Both the position numbers and the translations under genes were made by a program. Shown here one piece after another: positions 52,006 through 61,891 of a stretch of 64,000 nucleotides of DNA. Position 1 is the stretch's first letter. Each line of letters starts with the position of its first letter. The notes under the pieces were generated by a model. It worked only from the letters and a program-made list of their open reading frames with translations, had not been told where the DNA came from and did no database searches. Source of the DNA: Candidatus Multivorans sp. (lineage in GTDB: Bacteria > Acidobacteriota > Thermoanaerobaculia > Multivoradales > Multivoraceae); contig OZ251997.1 of NCBI GenBank assembly GCA_965247095.1, positions 4,553,210 to 4,617,209 on the forward strand, in the 5' to 3' direction.

Positions 52006-52887
52006 GTGAGCTGGGAGATGGCCGGCCGCTGGTCGGTCTACCTGCCCCTGCTGCTGGTTTACGGTGTTCTGGGCATGCGGGTGCTGGTAGCTGCCCGCGG
52101 GTCCTCGTTCTCGGTTCGCGACCCGCAGTTGGCGCTCTGGCGTCTCGGATGGATGTCGGCGCTGCTGCTTGTTGCCGCGTTGCTGCTGCGGGCCGTGTTT
52201 CAGTCAATCGAGGTCTGGGGGACCGGCGGCGGACTGTCTCTCGAGAACCTTCGGGCGGTGGCGCTTGAGAGCCGATGGGGCAATCGCTGGCAGTGGCAGG
52301 CGGGCGCCGCCGCGCTGGCGGCGTTCGGATCCCTCGTGCTGCTCCGGCTCCCGGCCCTCGGCGGCGCCCTCGCCTGGATCGGCGCGTTCGGTGTGGGTGC
52401 GGCGCTGCCGATGACCGGTCACGCCTACGGCGATTCCCTGGCTTGGACTGCGCAGAGTGTTCATATCGTGGGCGCCGGGTTCTGGATCGGCACCTTGATC
52501 GTGCTGCTCGCTGTCCCTCTGGGTTTGTCGGGAATCTCGAAGCCTGAGGCGGCTTCGATTCGACGTTTCTGGCTACAGGCTTTCGCGCCTCTGGCGGTGA
52601 CTGGCGCGACGCTGCTTGTTGCCAGCGGCGGGCTGCTGGCCTATCGCTACCTGCCGGCCTGGGACGCACTGTGGACCGATCGGTACGGTCAGATCCTCCT
52701 GATCAAGGTGGCGCTGAGCGTGCTGGTCCTTTCTTTCGGGGTCAGGAACTACGTACAGATGCACTTCCGACCCGACCAGTACACGGATCCGCTGCCGAAG
52801 ACCGTCTTCCTCGAGGTCGGCTTTGCCCTGCTGGTGCTGGCTGCCACGGGCGTGCTGACGAGCACGGCGCAGCCCGACATGCACTGA
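52006..52887 (+). CDS. copD: Copper resistance membrane protein CopD
   Basis: TGHA, H..GAG.WIG.L, YGQILLIK; follows copC. Confidence 0.88.
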   Translation: MSWEMAGRWSVYLPLLLVYGVLGMRVLVAARGSSFSVRDPQLALWRLGWMSALLLVAALLLRAVFQSIEVWGTGGGLSLENLRAVALESRWGNRWQWQAGAAALAAFGSLVLLRLPALGGALAWIGAFGVGAALPMTGHAYGDSLAWTAQSVHIVGAGFWIGTLIVLLAVPLGLSGISKPEAASIRRFWLQAFAPLAVTGATLLVASGGLLAYRYLPAWDALWTDRYGQILLIKVALSVLVLSFGVRNYVQMHFRPDQYTDPLPKTVFLEVGFALLVLAATGVLTSTAQPDMH

Positions 52888-52902
52888 GCGGGCGCCTTCC
52901 GG

Positions 52903-55323
52903 CTAGAAGTTGATCCGGCTCGTTATCCCGAACGTCCGCGGCTGGTTCGTCAGGTAGCCGACCCGGGCCCGCGTACCGCGCTCCTGGTCGAGGGCCAGAA
53001 AGGCCCGTTCGTCCGTTGCGTTGTTGACGAAGAGTGCGATGTCCCAGCGCTCACCCAAAAAGCCCAGCCGCAGGTTCAGGAGGTCGTAGGCCGGCATCTC
53101 CGGATCGAACCGAAACACACTCTGGGTCAGCGGACCGCCGATCGGGTTGGTGGCGGAGAGAGCCAGAAGATCCACGGTGCCGAAGCCGGGGGCATGGTCG
53201 CCGATCTGGGTGAAGCGGGAACCGACGTGCTGGAAGGCAGAGGAAAGGTAGCCGGCCCAGTTGCCGGCCTCCCAGCGGTAGGTCGCGGCGACCGCGGCCT
53301 GGAACTTCGGCACCGTCGGCAGGCGGTTGCCCTTCTCGATGCCGGAGACCACGGTCGTGGTGCCGTCGGCGGCGGTCGAGGTCAGGGTCGAGCCGATCTC
53401 GGAGTCCGCGTAGCTGGCCGAGATCGCGTAGTCGAACGCGCCGTTGGGCTGCCCGGTGATCTCGAGTTCCAATCCCGTGCTGCGCGCGCTCGGCACGTTG
53501 AAGATCAGCCGGGACGAACAGGACCCGGCGGTGACGGTCGTCTGCAGGTCCGAGATGTCCATGGTGAACGCGGCGATGTTGAAGGTGCCGCGGCCGCCCA
53601 GGATCGTCGACTTCGAGCCGACCTCGTAGTTCCAGAGCTCCTCGTCGTTCCAACTGTCGCGGCCGCTGAAGGTTTCGAGATCCTCGGGCGTGCACACCGG
53701 TTTGTTGAGCGGATCGTTGATGCCGCCGAGCCGGAAGCCCTTGGCGACCTGCGCGTTGAGCCGCGTGTTCTCGCTGACCTCGAAACTGGCGATGAAGCGC
53801 GGCGCGATGCCGTCCGCGCTGGTCTCCCCTTCGGTCGGTCCCGGATCGGCGAACAGGCCGTCGAAGACCTGGCTGCGGCTCTCCTCGTAGTCGTACCAGC
53901 GGGCGCCCGCCGTCAGATCGACCCGTTCGCTGGCGGTCCAGGTGATCTCGAAGAACGCCGCCGTTTGGTCGAACTCGTAGTTCAGGTCGGAGTAGAAGAG
54001 CTCGTCGGTGGCCGCGCCGAAGGCGCCCGCGGTGGGAATCTCGCTCATGGCTTCGAAGCCGGTGACCGGCAGGCTCTGGCCGTAGTTCCGTTCGCTGCTG
54101 CTGTAGAACAGGCCGAGAACCCAGTGGGTGTACTCGTCCCCACTGGACAGCCGCAACTCCTGGGTCAGGCCGGTGGCGGTCGTCGCGTCGATCAGGGGAG
54201 CGTCCAGGGTGTAGATCTGCTCGGGAAGGCCGATCGTTGCGCCGGCGACGCTTGCGTAGAGGGCGGTCGAGTCGCGCACGACGAGCACGTCGCGGTCCGT
54301 CGTCGTCGTGATCGAGGTGAAGGAGTATCCGTCGTCGAGGTCGATCTCGATCTTCAGGTCGGCGAGCAGGAACTCGTCGGTGTAGGGCTCCTCGAACTGG
54401 GTGAAGAGCTCGCGCTCGCCGAGGTTCACCGCGGGGCGCGTCGTCGTGTAGGGGTTGGCCAGGATGTTGAAATCGTCGATCCGGTTCCAGCCGTCCATGT
54501 TGACTTCCTGGTAGATCACGCGGGGAGTCACGGTGACGTTGTCGTTGGGCTCGAAGCGGAGGGCCCAACGGGCGCCGGTCCGCTCGCCGGAGTTCACGTC
54601 CTCGTTGACGCTCAGATCGGGCTGCACCGCGTCCATGAAACCGCCGAAGGCCGTGTGGTAGGCGGTGATCCGCATCGCCGAGGTGTCGCCCACGGGAACG
54701 TTGACCGCGACCTTCGCGTTGCCGCCGGTGCCGCCGTCGCCTATCGAGTTGAGCGAGAACTCGCCGAAGCCCTCCGAGACACCGACCTCAGGCTGGTTCG
54801 TGATGTAGCGGACGGTTCCGGCCAGCGAACCGGACCCGAACAGGGTGCCCTGCGGTCCCCGCAGGACCTCCACGCGCGACATGTCGAAGAGGTCAATGTC
54901 CGGCGTGAACAGCGAAAGGGAGATCACCGACTCGTCGAGGTAGATGCCCACCTGCTCCTTGACCCCGGGCTGGTCGCGGACGATCTGCCCGGCGGCGACG
55001 CCGCGCATGGCGACCTGGCTCTGGCCGGGGCCGAGGTTCTGCACGGTGAACCCGGCCACGTTGGCCGAGATCTCCTCCAGGTTGGAGACGCCGCGGTTGC
55101 GCAGCACGTCCTCGCTCGGAGCGACGATCGAGAAGGGAACCTCCTGGAGGTTCTCCTCCCGTTTTCGGGCGGTCACGGTGATTTCCTCGGAGAACGTCTG
55201 GCCGGGCGCCGCCTCGGCTTCTTCCGGTTCCGCATCTTGCCCAGCCGCCGGACTTCCGAGGCCGGACCACAGGAGGGCCAGCGTGCAGGTCAGGAAGAGT
55301 TGCGCGAAGCGGGTCCGAGTCAT
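52903..55323 (-). CDS. TonB-dependent receptor
   Basis: EEITVTARKREE.LQ.VP, RVEVLRGPQGTLFG, terminal PRTFG..F. Confidence 0.95.
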   Translation of the reverse strand: MTRTRFAQLFLTCTLALLWSGLGSPAAGQDAEPEEAEAAPGQTFSEEITVTARKREENLQEVPFSIVAPSEDVLRNRGVSNLEEISANVAGFTVQNLGPGQSQVAMRGVAAGQIVRDQPGVKEQVGIYLDESVISLSLFTPDIDLFDMSRVEVLRGPQGTLFGSGSLAGTVRYITNQPEVGVSEGFGEFSLNSIGDGGTGGNAKVAVNVPVGDTSAMRITAYHTAFGGFMDAVQPDLSVNEDVNSGERTGARWALRFEPNDNVTVTPRVIYQEVNMDGWNRIDDFNILANPYTTTRPAVNLGERELFTQFEEPYTDEFLLADLKIEIDLDDGYSFTSITTTTDRDVLVVRDSTALYASVAGATIGLPEQIYTLDAPLIDATTATGLTQELRLSSGDEYTHWVLGLFYSSSERNYGQSLPVTGFEAMSEIPTAGAFGAATDELFYSDLNYEFDQTAAFFEITWTASERVDLTAGARWYDYEESRSQVFDGLFADPGPTEGETSADGIAPRFIASFEVSENTRLNAQVAKGFRLGGINDPLNKPVCTPEDLETFSGRDSWNDEELWNYEVGSKSTILGGRGTFNIAAFTMDISDLQTTVTAGSCSSRLIFNVPSARSTGLELEITGQPNGAFDYAISASYADSEIGSTLTSTAADGTTTVVSGIEKGNRLPTVPKFQAAVAATYRWEAGNWAGYLSSAFQHVGSRFTQIGDHAPGFGTVDLLALSATNPIGGPLTQSVFRFDPEMPAYDLLNLRLGFLGERWDIALFVNNATDERAFLALDQERGTRARVGYLTNQPRTFGITSRINF

Positions 55324-55445
55324 GGCAGCCTCCAGGTGCTGGGGATTTGGCGAGCTCGTGCAGTTGCTATCTACGTTCAGAGCCCGTTGGGTTCTCGAGC
55401 TCGGGCGGTCGTCGCCGGTTGCCCTGTCAGGGCCGCCGGTGCCGC

Positions 55446-55635
55446 TCGAGCGTACGGCAATCCCCTTGCCTGGTCGTTGTGGGGCTCGGCGTTGCGAACT
55501 ACTTGGGGCTCCGATTCCGCCCCGACCGGGACACGGATCCGCTACCCGCCACCGTGACCTTAGAAGTCGTCTTCGCCGCTTGTGCTTGCAGCCACCGGCG
55601 TGCTCACAGGCACGGCGCAGCCGCATGGCCACTGA
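55446..55635 (+). pseudogene. Diverged copD 3'-end remnant no. 1
   Basis: GVANYLGLRFRPDRDTDPLPATVTLEVVFA/LVLAATGVLTGTAQPHGH* versus CopD GVRNYVQMHFRPDQYTDPLPKTVFLEVGFALLVLAATGVLTSTAQPDMH*. Confidence 0.9.
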
Positions 55636-55719
55636 TGGACGCAGAGTAGACGAATCACTTGATCGGCCTACCGGCCGGCACGCACTGCGTCTTGTTGAGA
55701 ACTCGAACGGCGAGCCAAG

Positions 55720-55835
55720 CTAGGCCGCGCGCGATGTCTCGCGTTCCCGTGCCACCACGGCCTCCAGATGAGGCGGCGGTCGCCACAGGCACTCCATGAC
55801 GTAGGGCAGGTCCATGGGCAGGCCGTCCCAGGCGC
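55720..55835 (-). pseudogene. 3'-end remnant of a DUF222-HNH gene
   Basis: AWDGLPMDLPYVMECLWRPPPHLEAVVARER versus AWDGRPMDLRYVMECLWKPPPHLQAVVDRER near 20610-20705. Confidence 0.9.
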
Positions 55836-56060
55836 CCTTGGGTGCTTCCGGGGACGCGGACGGCTCGCGATGCGAAGCGTGTCGCTCGGCCTGCGAGAGC
55901 AGCGCGAATGCGTTGCAGTTGAAACGCCGACTTGGAAGACGGTTTGGACCGACCCGTACGACCACATGGTCCTCGTCAGAGTGTCACTGAGCTTGGTCGC
56001 TCTGGAGGCTGTTCACCCTGGTGCTGACAGCGTGCCGCTCGGAGGGGAGACCCACCCTGG

Positions 56061-56711
56061 TCACAAACGTCGCTGTCCGACCCAGAGGTAGATGGCGCCG
56101 GCGTAGAACTCCTGGTACCGGACCTCGTCCAGGTGCCGCCTGACTGACTCCCAGGGCGTTCGCTCGGCGTAGCCAGGGCTTACTCCAAAGGGCCGGAGGA
56201 GCCAGGTTCCGAAACGAACCATCCACTCCGGCCGCCCTTCCGGTCGCTTCATTTCCAAGATGGCTAGGCGTCCCCCGGGGCGCAGCGCCTCCGCCGCCCG
56301 CTGGATGACACCGTCGTAATCGTCGAACATGGTCATGGCGAAGGTGGACAGCACGCCTCCGATGTTGCCCGGAAGCTCGTAGTCGCCCGCGGCGGACTCC
56401 ACCAGGTCGACATTCGCCCATCCCGCGCTCTCCACGCGATGCCGAGCTTCTCGCAGCATGGCATCGGTAAGGTCGACGCCGACGATGCGCCCCGAGTCGG
56501 TGACGGCGCGTTCCAACCACAGAAAGTTCCGCCCCGTGCCACATCCGAGGTCCAACACGGTGTCGCCTGGTGAAACACCTAACGCCTCCACGGCACGGCG
56601 ACGGTACGTGCTCACCCGCGCACCGGAGAGCCCAAACAGCCCGACGAGGCGGTCGTAGTGACGGGCGCGTCGGCGATAGAGCGCTCGCGTCTGAGACGGA
56701 GTCAGCACCAC
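56061..56711 (-). CDS. Class I SAM-dependent methyltransferase (UbiE-like)
   Basis: VLDLGCGTG, GVDLT..ML, LRPGGRL. Confidence 0.85.
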   Translation of the reverse strand: MVLTPSQTRALYRRRARHYDRLVGLFGLSGARVSTYRRRAVEALGVSPGDTVLDLGCGTGRNFLWLERAVTDSGRIVGVDLTDAMLREARHRVESAGWANVDLVESAAGDYELPGNIGGVLSTFAMTMFDDYDGVIQRAAEALRPGGRLAILEMKRPEGRPEWMVRFGTWLLRPFGVSPGYAERTPWESVRRHLDEVRYQEFYAGAIYLWVGQRRL

Positions 56712-56809
56712 GAGTTCCAGGTCCTTTCTCTGTGTGTGGCGACTGGATCGAGCGAGAATTCTGACCCCCTTGTGGCCCACGCGCTTCCATCGCGCCGCAG
56801 GTCCGGGGC

Positions 56810-56910
56810 CCGTGGACGCTACCAGCCCACGGTCTCTCAACCCTGTCAGTGCCTGCCTGCAGCCACCGGCGTGCTCGCGGGTACGGCGCCGGCGGGCATA
56901 CGCTCTGATG
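56810..56910 (+). pseudogene. More decayed copD 3'-end remnant no. 2
   Basis: tgcagccaccggcgtgctc (56858-76) is identical to 55597-615; encodes AATGVLAGTA; upstream ggacgctaccagcccacggt resembles ggatccgctacccgccaccgt. Confidence 0.7.
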
Positions 56911-57246
56911 AAGCCGGGTGTCCCCTATTGGTGACCCGCGAAGGGTCGATTCCGCCGGCGCGCCATCAGCCGACGCCTCCGCGCCCTGCCACATAACGGC
57001 CCCGCTGTCACTGTGAACCAGATTCGATCGGGCAGTCGCCGACGGGATCGCCGAAAGGAATCGGAATGACCGAGGGCGTCGCGATGGCGGAAGGTCACGA
57101 CTAGGTGGCTCGTGCGGCGTTCCCACGTCGAAAGCCTGGCTCCTGGACTATTCCACCTGATAATCCCGGTTGCAGCCGAACGACGCGCAGGGCCCATGGC
57201 CCGGAAACGTTTGAAAGCGGTGTGGCTGCTGTAGACTCAATTGGCT

Positions 57247-58522
57247 CACTGCTGTCCCACAAACGGGGAGAAGGTATGGGTCTGAACCGTGCCTTGTCGT
57301 ATGATTGGTTTTCACGAAATGCCAATGACGGCAAGGAGATCCAGACCCATGGCGCACAATAGTACCGTACTCGGTCAGTTCCTCAAGCTGGTGTCGAGAC
57401 ATGAGTTCGAGCGGGAGGCCCGACGGCATCACAGGGGACGCAAGCTGCGCTCGATGAGTCGCTGGGGCCAGTTCGTGGCGATGGCGACGGCGCAGCTTTC
57501 CGGGCGGCGCAGTCTGCGAGACATCGTGTCGAACCTGGAAGCTCAGACTCACAAGCTGTACCATCTCGGCGTTGGCCGAGTGGCCCGATCTTCGCTGGCG
57601 CGGGTGAACAGGGAGCAGCCTCACGAACTGTACGAGGCGCTGTTCGGGCGCCTTCTGAGGCGTTGTCAGGCGTCGGCGCCGGGGCATGGGTTCCGGTTCC
57701 GGAACAAGTTGGTGTCGCTGGACGCGACGTACGTGGACCTGTGCCTGGCGGTGTTTCCCTGGGCGCAGTACCGCAAGACCAAGGGTGCGTTGAAGCTGCA
57801 CGTGGGTCTTGACCACGAGGGCTGTCTGCCGTCGTTCCTGCACGTCACCGACGGCAAGGGATCGGACCTTGAAGTGGCCCGGTCGCTTCGGCTGCCGAAG
57901 GGGAGCATCGTCGCGGCGGACCGGCTGTACCTCGACTTCGGGTGGCTGAACGACCTTGATGCACAAGGGGTTTTCCTGGTCGCCCGCCTGAAGCGGGGAG
58001 TCCGATACGCGGTTCGGGAGCGACGCTCGTTTGCGCCCAAACGCGGCGTGACGTCGGACCAGACCATCGTGCTGACCAGCGCCAAGGGGCGCAGGCGATG
58101 CCCCATTCCCCTGCGTCGGGTCGGTTACCGCGACCCGAAGACAGGTCGGCACTACGCCTTCCTGACCAACAACTTCAGTCTGGCGGCGAAGACCATCGCG
58201 GACATCTACAAGGCCCGCTGGCAGATCGAGCTGTTCTTCAAGTGGATCAAACAGAATCTGCGCATCAAGAGTTTCGTCGGCGCCTCGCCCAACGCGGTCA
58301 TGACGCAGATCTGGATCGCCGTGTGCGTCCATCTGCTGCTCGCCTACCTGAAATTCGCCAACAAGATGTCGTGGACCATGAGCCAGATCCTGCGCCTCCT
58401 GCAACTCAACCTGTTCGACCGAAGACCGCTGTTGGACCTGTTCGAACCCGGGGGCGGACCGCCCGACCCGAGAAACACACAAACTCAACTCGCTCTACGT
58501 TGAAGTTTGTGGGACAGCAATG
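57247..58522 (+). mobile_element. IS4-family insertion sequence, complete
   Basis: 18-bp TIRs cactgctgtcccacaaac / gtttgtgggacagcaatg; 9-bp target duplication caattggct (57238-46 and 58523-31). Confidence 0.95.
57349..58503 (+). CDS. IS4-family DDE transposase
   Basis: LDAT, KLH, ADR.Y, FLTN, YKARWQIELFFKWIKQ (YREK signature). Confidence 0.95.
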   Translation: MAHNSTVLGQFLKLVSRHEFEREARRHHRGRKLRSMSRWGQFVAMATAQLSGRRSLRDIVSNLEAQTHKLYHLGVGRVARSSLARVNREQPHELYEALFGRLLRRCQASAPGHGFRFRNKLVSLDATYVDLCLAVFPWAQYRKTKGALKLHVGLDHEGCLPSFLHVTDGKGSDLEVARSLRLPKGSIVAADRLYLDFGWLNDLDAQGVFLVARLKRGVRYAVRERRSFAPKRGVTSDQTIVLTSAKGRRRCPIPLRRVGYRDPKTGRHYAFLTNNFSLAAKTIADIYKARWQIELFFKWIKQNLRIKSFVGASPNAVMTQIWIAVCVHLLLAYLKFANKMSWTMSQILRLLQLNLFDRRPLLDLFEPGGGPPDPRNTQTQLALR

Positions 58523-58596
58523 CAATTGGCTAGAGAGTGCTAACGGTATCTTCGAGTCGCTAAGAGTCATTACTAACAGAGCAGAGCCGAAGTCAA

Positions 58597-59769
58597 ATGG
58601 GTCATAAAATCACCTTCTTGCTGGGCGCCGGATCGTCGCAGGCCGCTGGATTCCCGTCTACGAAGAATCTAACTGAAAAGACTGTTTCCGGCCGCGGAGT
58701 TTCACGAAATGGCGACGGCTCCTACTACGTCGGTGAAGACGATGGACCCCCAAACGGTGTACTGCGGCTTGTCACGAGCATGGTGAGACGACTTCATGCA
58801 GAGGCGGTTCGCTACTACTCGGGAACCGCCGGAAGACCCACCAACTACGAGGACATATACTACTTGGCCTCTCAGGTGCGGGACGAGCTGTCAGGCGATC
58901 TGGAGAACCCGGCCATTCGTGGGTTCGTAAGCGAGCTGAGAGCCGATATGTCCCCATTGGTGGCAGATGCGAGTGCAAGAGTGGAAGATGGGCGATGGGA
59001 ACAGCACATGCCGGTCGATCTAGAGGGTCTCCTCAAGGAGGTATGCCTCTACATTGCAGGCATAGTCTCGCAGAGCCTAATCTCTCACCGCTCTGCGTCA
59101 GAGTCTAAGCCGAGTGTCATCGCATCCGTCTGCAAGTCCGCTGACGTGAGCAGCATATCGACGGTTTGTCACGACACCCACCTAGAAGAGTTCCTCGAAT
59201 CAGAGGGCGTTGAGTTAGTCGACGGGTTTTCAGATTCCGACCGTAGCGTCCCACATTGGACCGGCGGCTTCTCGTCGGATGTTAAGACGCCTTTCCTGAA
59301 GCTTCACGGCTCCGTCAACTGGTTCCGCTATACCGACAGGAGTATCAGGCGTGTTCCGCCCCTTTGTTACCCACAGCGTCTAGCTGACGCGGAGAGCCAC
59401 TATGCTGAAGACGGTCGTCCGCTGTTGCTGATCGGCACGTTCAACAAGATGGCAGATTACAGCTCGGGTGTCTTCCTCGAACTGCACTATCGATTTCGTG
59501 CAACCCTCCGAGAATCTAGCAAGCTCGTTGTTTGTGGATATAGTTTCGGGGACAAGGGCATTAACGAAGAGATTGTCGGGTGGATCGAGGGCGGGAAAGG
59601 AAGGCTGCTAGTAGTTATTCACCCAGATCCAAGTAGCCTCGTTGCCAGTGCGCGCGGCGCGATAAGGAATGGCTGGGAGGAATGGAACAGGAGGGGCGTC
59701 ATTAGGTTAATAGAGAAGCGTTTGGAGTTTGTAACGATGGATGATTGTGTAGGTGCGGTGTTGTCGTAG
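58597..59769 (+). CDS. SIR2-family (SIR2_2-like) protein, candidate anti-phage NADase
   Basis: FLLGAGSS, LKLHGSVNW, GYSFGD; clearly lower GC than the backbone. Confidence 0.8.
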   Translation: MGHKITFLLGAGSSQAAGFPSTKNLTEKTVSGRGVSRNGDGSYYVGEDDGPPNGVLRLVTSMVRRLHAEAVRYYSGTAGRPTNYEDIYYLASQVRDELSGDLENPAIRGFVSELRADMSPLVADASARVEDGRWEQHMPVDLEGLLKEVCLYIAGIVSQSLISHRSASESKPSVIASVCKSADVSSISTVCHDTHLEEFLESEGVELVDGFSDSDRSVPHWTGGFSSDVKTPFLKLHGSVNWFRYTDRSIRRVPPLCYPQRLADAESHYAEDGRPLLLIGTFNKMADYSSGVFLELHYRFRATLRESSKLVVCGYSFGDKGINEEIVGWIEGGKGRLLVVIHPDPSSLVASARGAIRNGWEEWNRRGVIRLIEKRLEFVTMDDCVGAVLS

Positions 59770-59799
59770 TGGCGCTGACGCCGGAAGATAACGGTCACC

Positions 59800-60940
59800 T
59801 AGTGTAGTGTCTCCGACATGGGTTGACAGTCTCGGGCAAGTTCGTCAGTATTCCGTTCATGTGGGAACCAGCGGAACGACTTCACATCGAAGAGAGGGAT
59901 CGAGCGCTTCTCAAGAAATGGGTAGAGGCGCCGACGACGACGCAACGCACGGTCCGGCGTAGCCGGATCGTGCTCGCTGCGGCGGAGGGCACGGCCAATC
60001 GGGCGATTGCGGCGAAACTCGGCGTTTCGCGGCCCACGGTGCTGCTGTGGCGTCGTCGGTTCGCGGAGGACGGACCTTCGGGGCTGACCAGGGATCGTCC
60101 CCGCGGTTGCGGAAAGCCGCCGCTCTCGGAGTCGGTCGTGCGTAAAGTGATCGAAGCGACGCTGCACGAGAAGCCGCCCGGTCAGACCCACTGGAGCGTG
60201 CGTTCGATGGCTCGGGCCCAGGGCATCAGTCCGGCGGCGGTCCAGCGCATCTGGGTGGCGCACGGGCTGAAGCCCCATCTGGTCAAGACGTTCAAGCTGA
60301 GCAACGACCCCAGGTTCGTGGAAAAGCTGCGGGACGTTGTGGGCCTGTACCGGAATCCGCCCGAGAACGCGCTTGTGCTGTGCGTGGACGAGAAGAGCCA
60401 GATCCAGGCTCTGGACCGGACCCAGCCGGGCTTGCCGCTCAAGCGCGGCCGCGCGGGAACGATGACCCACGACTACAAGCGCAACGGGACGACGACGTTG
60501 TTCGCTGCGCTGAACGTGTTGGAGGGCACGGTGATCGCGGAGTGCATGGGCCGGCAGCGCCACCAGGAGTTTCTCCGTTTCCTCAAGCGTCTCGACCGTG
60601 AGATCCCGAAGCATCTCGACCTGCACCTGATCCTGGACAACTACCAGACCCACAAACACGCCGCCGTGCGCGCATGGCTGGAGCGAAAGCCTCGCTTCCA
60701 CTTCCATTTCATTCCCACTTCGTCGCCCTGGCTCAACCTGGTCGAACGCTGGCTGGGCGGTCTGACCACGAAGGCGATCCGGCGCGGTGCATTCCAGAGC
60801 GTCAACGACCTCGTAAAGACCATCTACGACTACGTGGAGCACAGCAACGAAAACTCCCGGCCGTTCGTCTGGACGGCCACCGCCGACAGCATCATCGCAA
60901 AGGTTACACGTGGTAAAGCCATGTTGGAGACAGTACACTA
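59800..60940 (+). mobile_element. IS630-family insertion sequence, complete
   Basis: TIRs tagtgtagtgtctccgacatgg / ccatgttggagacagtacacta; TA at both ends within CTAG. Confidence 0.95.
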
Positions 60941-60941
60941 G
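59859..60941 (+). CDS. IS630-family transposase
   Basis: THWS.R.MA, CVDEKSQIQAL, HDYKRNGT, LDNY.TH, WLNLVERW. Confidence 0.95.
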   Translation: MWEPAERLHIEERDRALLKKWVEAPTTTQRTVRRSRIVLAAAEGTANRAIAAKLGVSRPTVLLWRRRFAEDGPSGLTRDRPRGCGKPPLSESVVRKVIEATLHEKPPGQTHWSVRSMARAQGISPAAVQRIWVAHGLKPHLVKTFKLSNDPRFVEKLRDVVGLYRNPPENALVLCVDEKSQIQALDRTQPGLPLKRGRAGTMTHDYKRNGTTTLFAALNVLEGTVIAECMGRQRHQEFLRFLKRLDREIPKHLDLHLILDNYQTHKHAAVRAWLERKPRFHFHFIPTSSPWLNLVERWLGGLTTKAIRRGAFQSVNDLVKTIYDYVEHSNENSRPFVWTATADSIIAKVTRGKAMLETVH

Positions 60942-60974
60942 GAGGAGAGAGCAGCCAGGGGCGCTACTGTGCCG

Positions 60975-61220
60975 AGAGGTCTTGCCGAAAGTATGAGGTC
61001 GGCGGTCTGATCAGGCAGCGTCCTTGATCGGATTTCCGTTGTTGAATCGTACTCCTTCTCTGACCGGAGCGACGGCGGGTGGCGCGTTGACCCGTGGCCA
61101 TCCTTGTTGCGCCATGTCGGGCAGCTTGAACGCCTTCAGGAAGGCCTTGGTTTGTGGAGCCGGCGCCCTTGGTGATGCGCTTGCGCAGCCGGACCGTGCG
61201 AACGTCGAGTCGATCGCCTT
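60975..61220 (-). pseudogene. IS256-family transposase 3' remnant
   Basis: With frameshifts reads IDSTFA/VRLRKRITKGAGS/AFKL..AQQGW.RVNAP..V..VREGVRF.NG..AA*. Confidence 0.65.
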
Positions 61221-61266
61221 TAGGGGTGGCCTGGCGCCGTAGTCCACCGTCGATTCGCTGGAGCAG

Positions 61267-61670
61267 TCAGACGGTCATCTTCGGGGTTGCCCAGAGCAGG
61301 CGAGGGGGCACCGCGTAGAGACCGTCGCCGAAACTCATAGAAGTGTCACCGTCGTTCAGCACGACGCCGCTGGCAAACCGACTACCGGTCGCTGCCCTCA
61401 GCTTGCGCAGGCCGCGGAAGTCCGCCTTGTTCACCCTGGGTCCTGCCTCGACTTCCTCTCCTGCGACTTGCAGTGCTCCCCGCTCAATGACGATATCCAG
61501 CTCCACCTTTTCCTTGTCGCGGTAGTGGAAGAGCTCCAGGGGGCATCGTCCCTGCTCGCCTGTCGCCTCAGTTCCTGAAACACGAACGTCTTAAGGAGTT
61601 GGCGCAACAACGGCCGGCTGCCGGCCAGCGCTGCGGCGTCGACGCCCAGGAGCGCGCAGGCAAGGGCGTC
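61267..61670 (-). pseudogene. AAA+ ATPase DUF4143 C-terminal remnant
   Basis: LACALLG..LL.TFVFQELRRQ / FHYRDKEKVELDIVIE..DFRGLRKL..GVVL.DG..FGDGLYAVP; frameshifted and 5' deleted. Confidence 0.75.
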
Positions 61671-61891
61671 TAATTGCAAGGTCAGGTGTCGTCCAATTGA
61701 AATGTTGGCGCCGTCCGATTGAAAGGACGCCGATCGGCCAACTGCAGTTCGTGCTGTCTACGCGCGCCCCTGCGGGAACGCCTCCGCCAGACTCATCGGG
61801 CTACAGCAGCGAGGACAGAATCGGGTCCTTCAGCGACAACGGAGAGTGCGAGCGTCCGGTGCCCGCGCCCACGGTTCCGCTGACCAGAACC

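Noticed and set aside
56980-57235. attC-like fragments (cataacggcccc, cccggttgcagccg)
   Set aside because: No complementary GTTRRRY end with proper pairing, and no integron integrase
57247-60940. Composite transposon carrying SIR2
   Set aside because: The flanking ISs belong to different families and each has its own target duplication
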